A program made the translations under genes and the position numbers. The notes beneath the pieces were generated by a model that saw nothing but the letters and a program-made list of their open reading frames with translations, did not search any database and was not told where the DNA came from. From positions 318,393-382,392 of the forward strand of contig AP024680.1 in the NCBI GenBank assembly GCA_025999275.1: a DNA stretch of 64,000 nt, given 5' to 3'. The stretch is from Patescibacteria group bacterium (GTDB lineage Bacteria > Patescibacteriota > Microgenomatia > UBA8517). Shown in pieces: positions 62,769 through 64,000 of the stretch (the stretch's first letter is position 1; each line of letters starts with the position of its first letter).

Positions 62769-64000
62769 ATGATAGATATTAATCTTTTGCGCAGCGATCC
62801 TTATTTTTTTAAAAAAGCTGCTCAAGCTAAAGGTTTTGATGCTTCAGTTGTTGATAAGTTAGTTGAGGTGGATAAAAAAAGAAGGAATTTAATTACAGAG
62901 ATTGAATCTCTTCGTGCAAAAAAGAATAAACTTGGAAAAGAAGGACAAGAGGAAGGTAGAAAGATTAAAAATGAGCTTAAAATTAAAGAAGAAGAATTAA
63001 AAGGAGTTGAAAAAGTCTTTGAAGAGTTGATTCTTAAGGTTCCAAATCCATCTGCGCCTGATGTTAAAGTTGGAGGTCCCCAAGAAAATGAAGTTATCAA
63101 GAAAGTTGGCACTCCTAAAAAGTTTAATTTTCCTGTTAGAGATCATCTTGAAATAGGCAAAATTACTCAAACTATTGATATTGAGCGTGGGGCAAAAGTT
63201 GCTCAGTCTGGTTTTTATTATCTAAAAGGAGATGGAGCCTTGCTTGAGATGGCTTTGATTCGTTTTGCCTTTGAAAAGCTTACTAAACATGGTTTTGTAC
63301 CTGTTATTACTCCAAATGTTGCCAAAGAGAGAAATGTTATTGGCTGTGGTTTTCAAGCAAGGAGTGAGAAAGAAAGGCAGATTTATCACATTGAAGGTGA
63401 AGATCTTGACCTAATTGCAACAGCAGAAATTACTCTTGTGGGGATGCACACAGATGAAACTTTTGAAGAAAAAGAATTGCCCAGGCAGTATGTTGGTTTT
63501 TCCTCTTGCTATAGAACTGAAGCGGGAAGCTATGGCAAAGATGTAAGGGGAATTATAAGAGTGCATGAATTTAGAAAGGTTGAGATGGTGGTTTTCTGCC
63601 TTCCTGAAGAATCTGACAAGTGGCATGATAGGCTTTTGTCGATAGAAGAGGAGATTTGGCAAGATTTAAAGATACCTTATCAGGTGGTAAAGATGGCAAC
63701 AGGAGATTTGGGAAATGCTGCCAGTCGTAAATATGATATTGAAGCTTGGATGCCATCTCAGGGCAAGTATCGTGAAGTGACTTCAACCAGTAATACCACC
63801 GATTTTCAGGCAAGAAGGCTGGGAATTAAGTTCAAAAGAGCTGGTAAGACAGAGTATTTGCATACTCTAAACGGGACTGTTTTGGCTTTGGGAAGGGCGA
63901 TGGTGGCAATTTATGAGAATTATCAAATGGAAGATGGTTCGGTCGAGATTCCTGAGGCTATTCGTCCATATATAGGTAAAGATAGAATTTCGGTTTCTTC
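62769..64000 (+). CDS. serS: Seryl-tRNA synthetase (3' partial, runs off window)
   Basis: Not in the ORF track because there is no stop. My translation from the ATG at 62769 gives an N-terminal coiled-coil arm (LLRSDPYFF...KNKLGKEG) and a class II core (GFSSCYRTEAGSYGKDVRGIIRVHEF, TSTSNTTDFQARRLGIKF). Confidence 0.8.
   Translation, partial: MIDINLLRSDPYFFKKAAQAKGFDASVVDKLVEVDKKRRNLITEIESLRAKKNKLGKEGQEEGRKIKNELKIKEEELKGVEKVFEELILKVPNPSAPDVKVGGPQENEVIKKVGTPKKFNFPVRDHLEIGKITQTIDIERGAKVAQSGFYYLKGDGALLEMALIRFAFEKLTKHGFVPVITPNVAKERNVIGCGFQARSEKERQIYHIEGEDLDLIATAEITLVGMHTDETFEEKELPRQYVGFSSCYRTEAGSYGKDVRGIIRVHEFRKVEMVVFCLPEESDKWHDRLLSIEEEIWQDLKIPYQVVKMATGDLGNAASRKYDIEAWMPSQGKYREVTSTSNTTDFQARRLGIKFKRAGKTEYLHTLNGTVLALGRAMVAIYENYQMEDGSVEIPEAIRPYIGKDRISVS

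Overview
This 64-kb window comes from a low-GC bacterium (roughly mid-30s % GC by eye, not computed) that uses standard stop codons. TGA, TAA and TAG each terminate recognisable genes, and RF2 (prfB) is present with no programmed frameshift, so a UGA-recoded lineage is unlikely. The window is densely coding on both strands, with about 60 CDS and two tRNAs (tRNA-Ala-CGC and tRNA-Glu-CUC, both on the minus strand and neither encoding CCA).

Housekeeping genes: rarA, secA, tgt, prfB, ftsE, ftsX, pyrH, rmlA, rmlB, rmlC, rmlD, trmD, truB, uppP, dgkA, lon, greA, lysS, and serS (partial, runs off the 3' end).

Accessory content:
- A cell-surface locus made up of a lamin-tail-domain protein, a VanZ-like protein, a sortase, and a 2017-aa multi-domain adhesin ORF.
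- An FtsEX operon followed by a coiled-coil protein carrying a C39-like cysteine peptidase domain.
- A pair of cytoplasmic peptidases (M15-like and C39-like) next to an EEP-family nuclease/phosphatase.
- A dTDP-deoxysugar locus (rmlABCD) with a GT2 polyprenol-phosphate glycosyltransferase, a SAM methyltransferase, a sugar C-methyltransferase, and three large GT-C-type membrane proteins, one of them TMTC-like with TPR repeats.
- A MacAB/HlyD-type efflux module.
- An undecaprenyl-phosphate recycling cluster: uppP, dgkA, an L,D-transpeptidase and a PAP2 phosphatase.

The most unusual signals are non-coding or architectural:
1. A REP-associated tyrosine transposase (RAYT) flanked by inverted copies of a GC-rich 36-nt REP-like palindrome, with a third identical copy 13 kb away.
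2. Two families of GC-rich palindromic hairpins reused at gene ends.
3. A ~125-bp dispersed repeat containing a perfect 22-bp palindrome, sitting in two long AT-rich divergent intergenic regions that also carry an inverted 53-bp module.
4. A duplicated ~60-90-bp leader on both sides of the EEP gene; the second copy ends in the tgt start codon.
5. In the giant adhesin gene, an in-frame TAG inside its N-terminal signal peptide and an internal sorting-signal-like segment followed directly by a second signal peptide.
6. A recurring VLG-containing motif upstream of the C-terminal membrane anchors of three surface proteins.

Minimal metabolism, many GT-C glycosyltransferases and several membrane-anchored hypothetical proteins are compatible with a small-genome, possibly CPR/Patescibacteria-like organism. 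That is an inference only.
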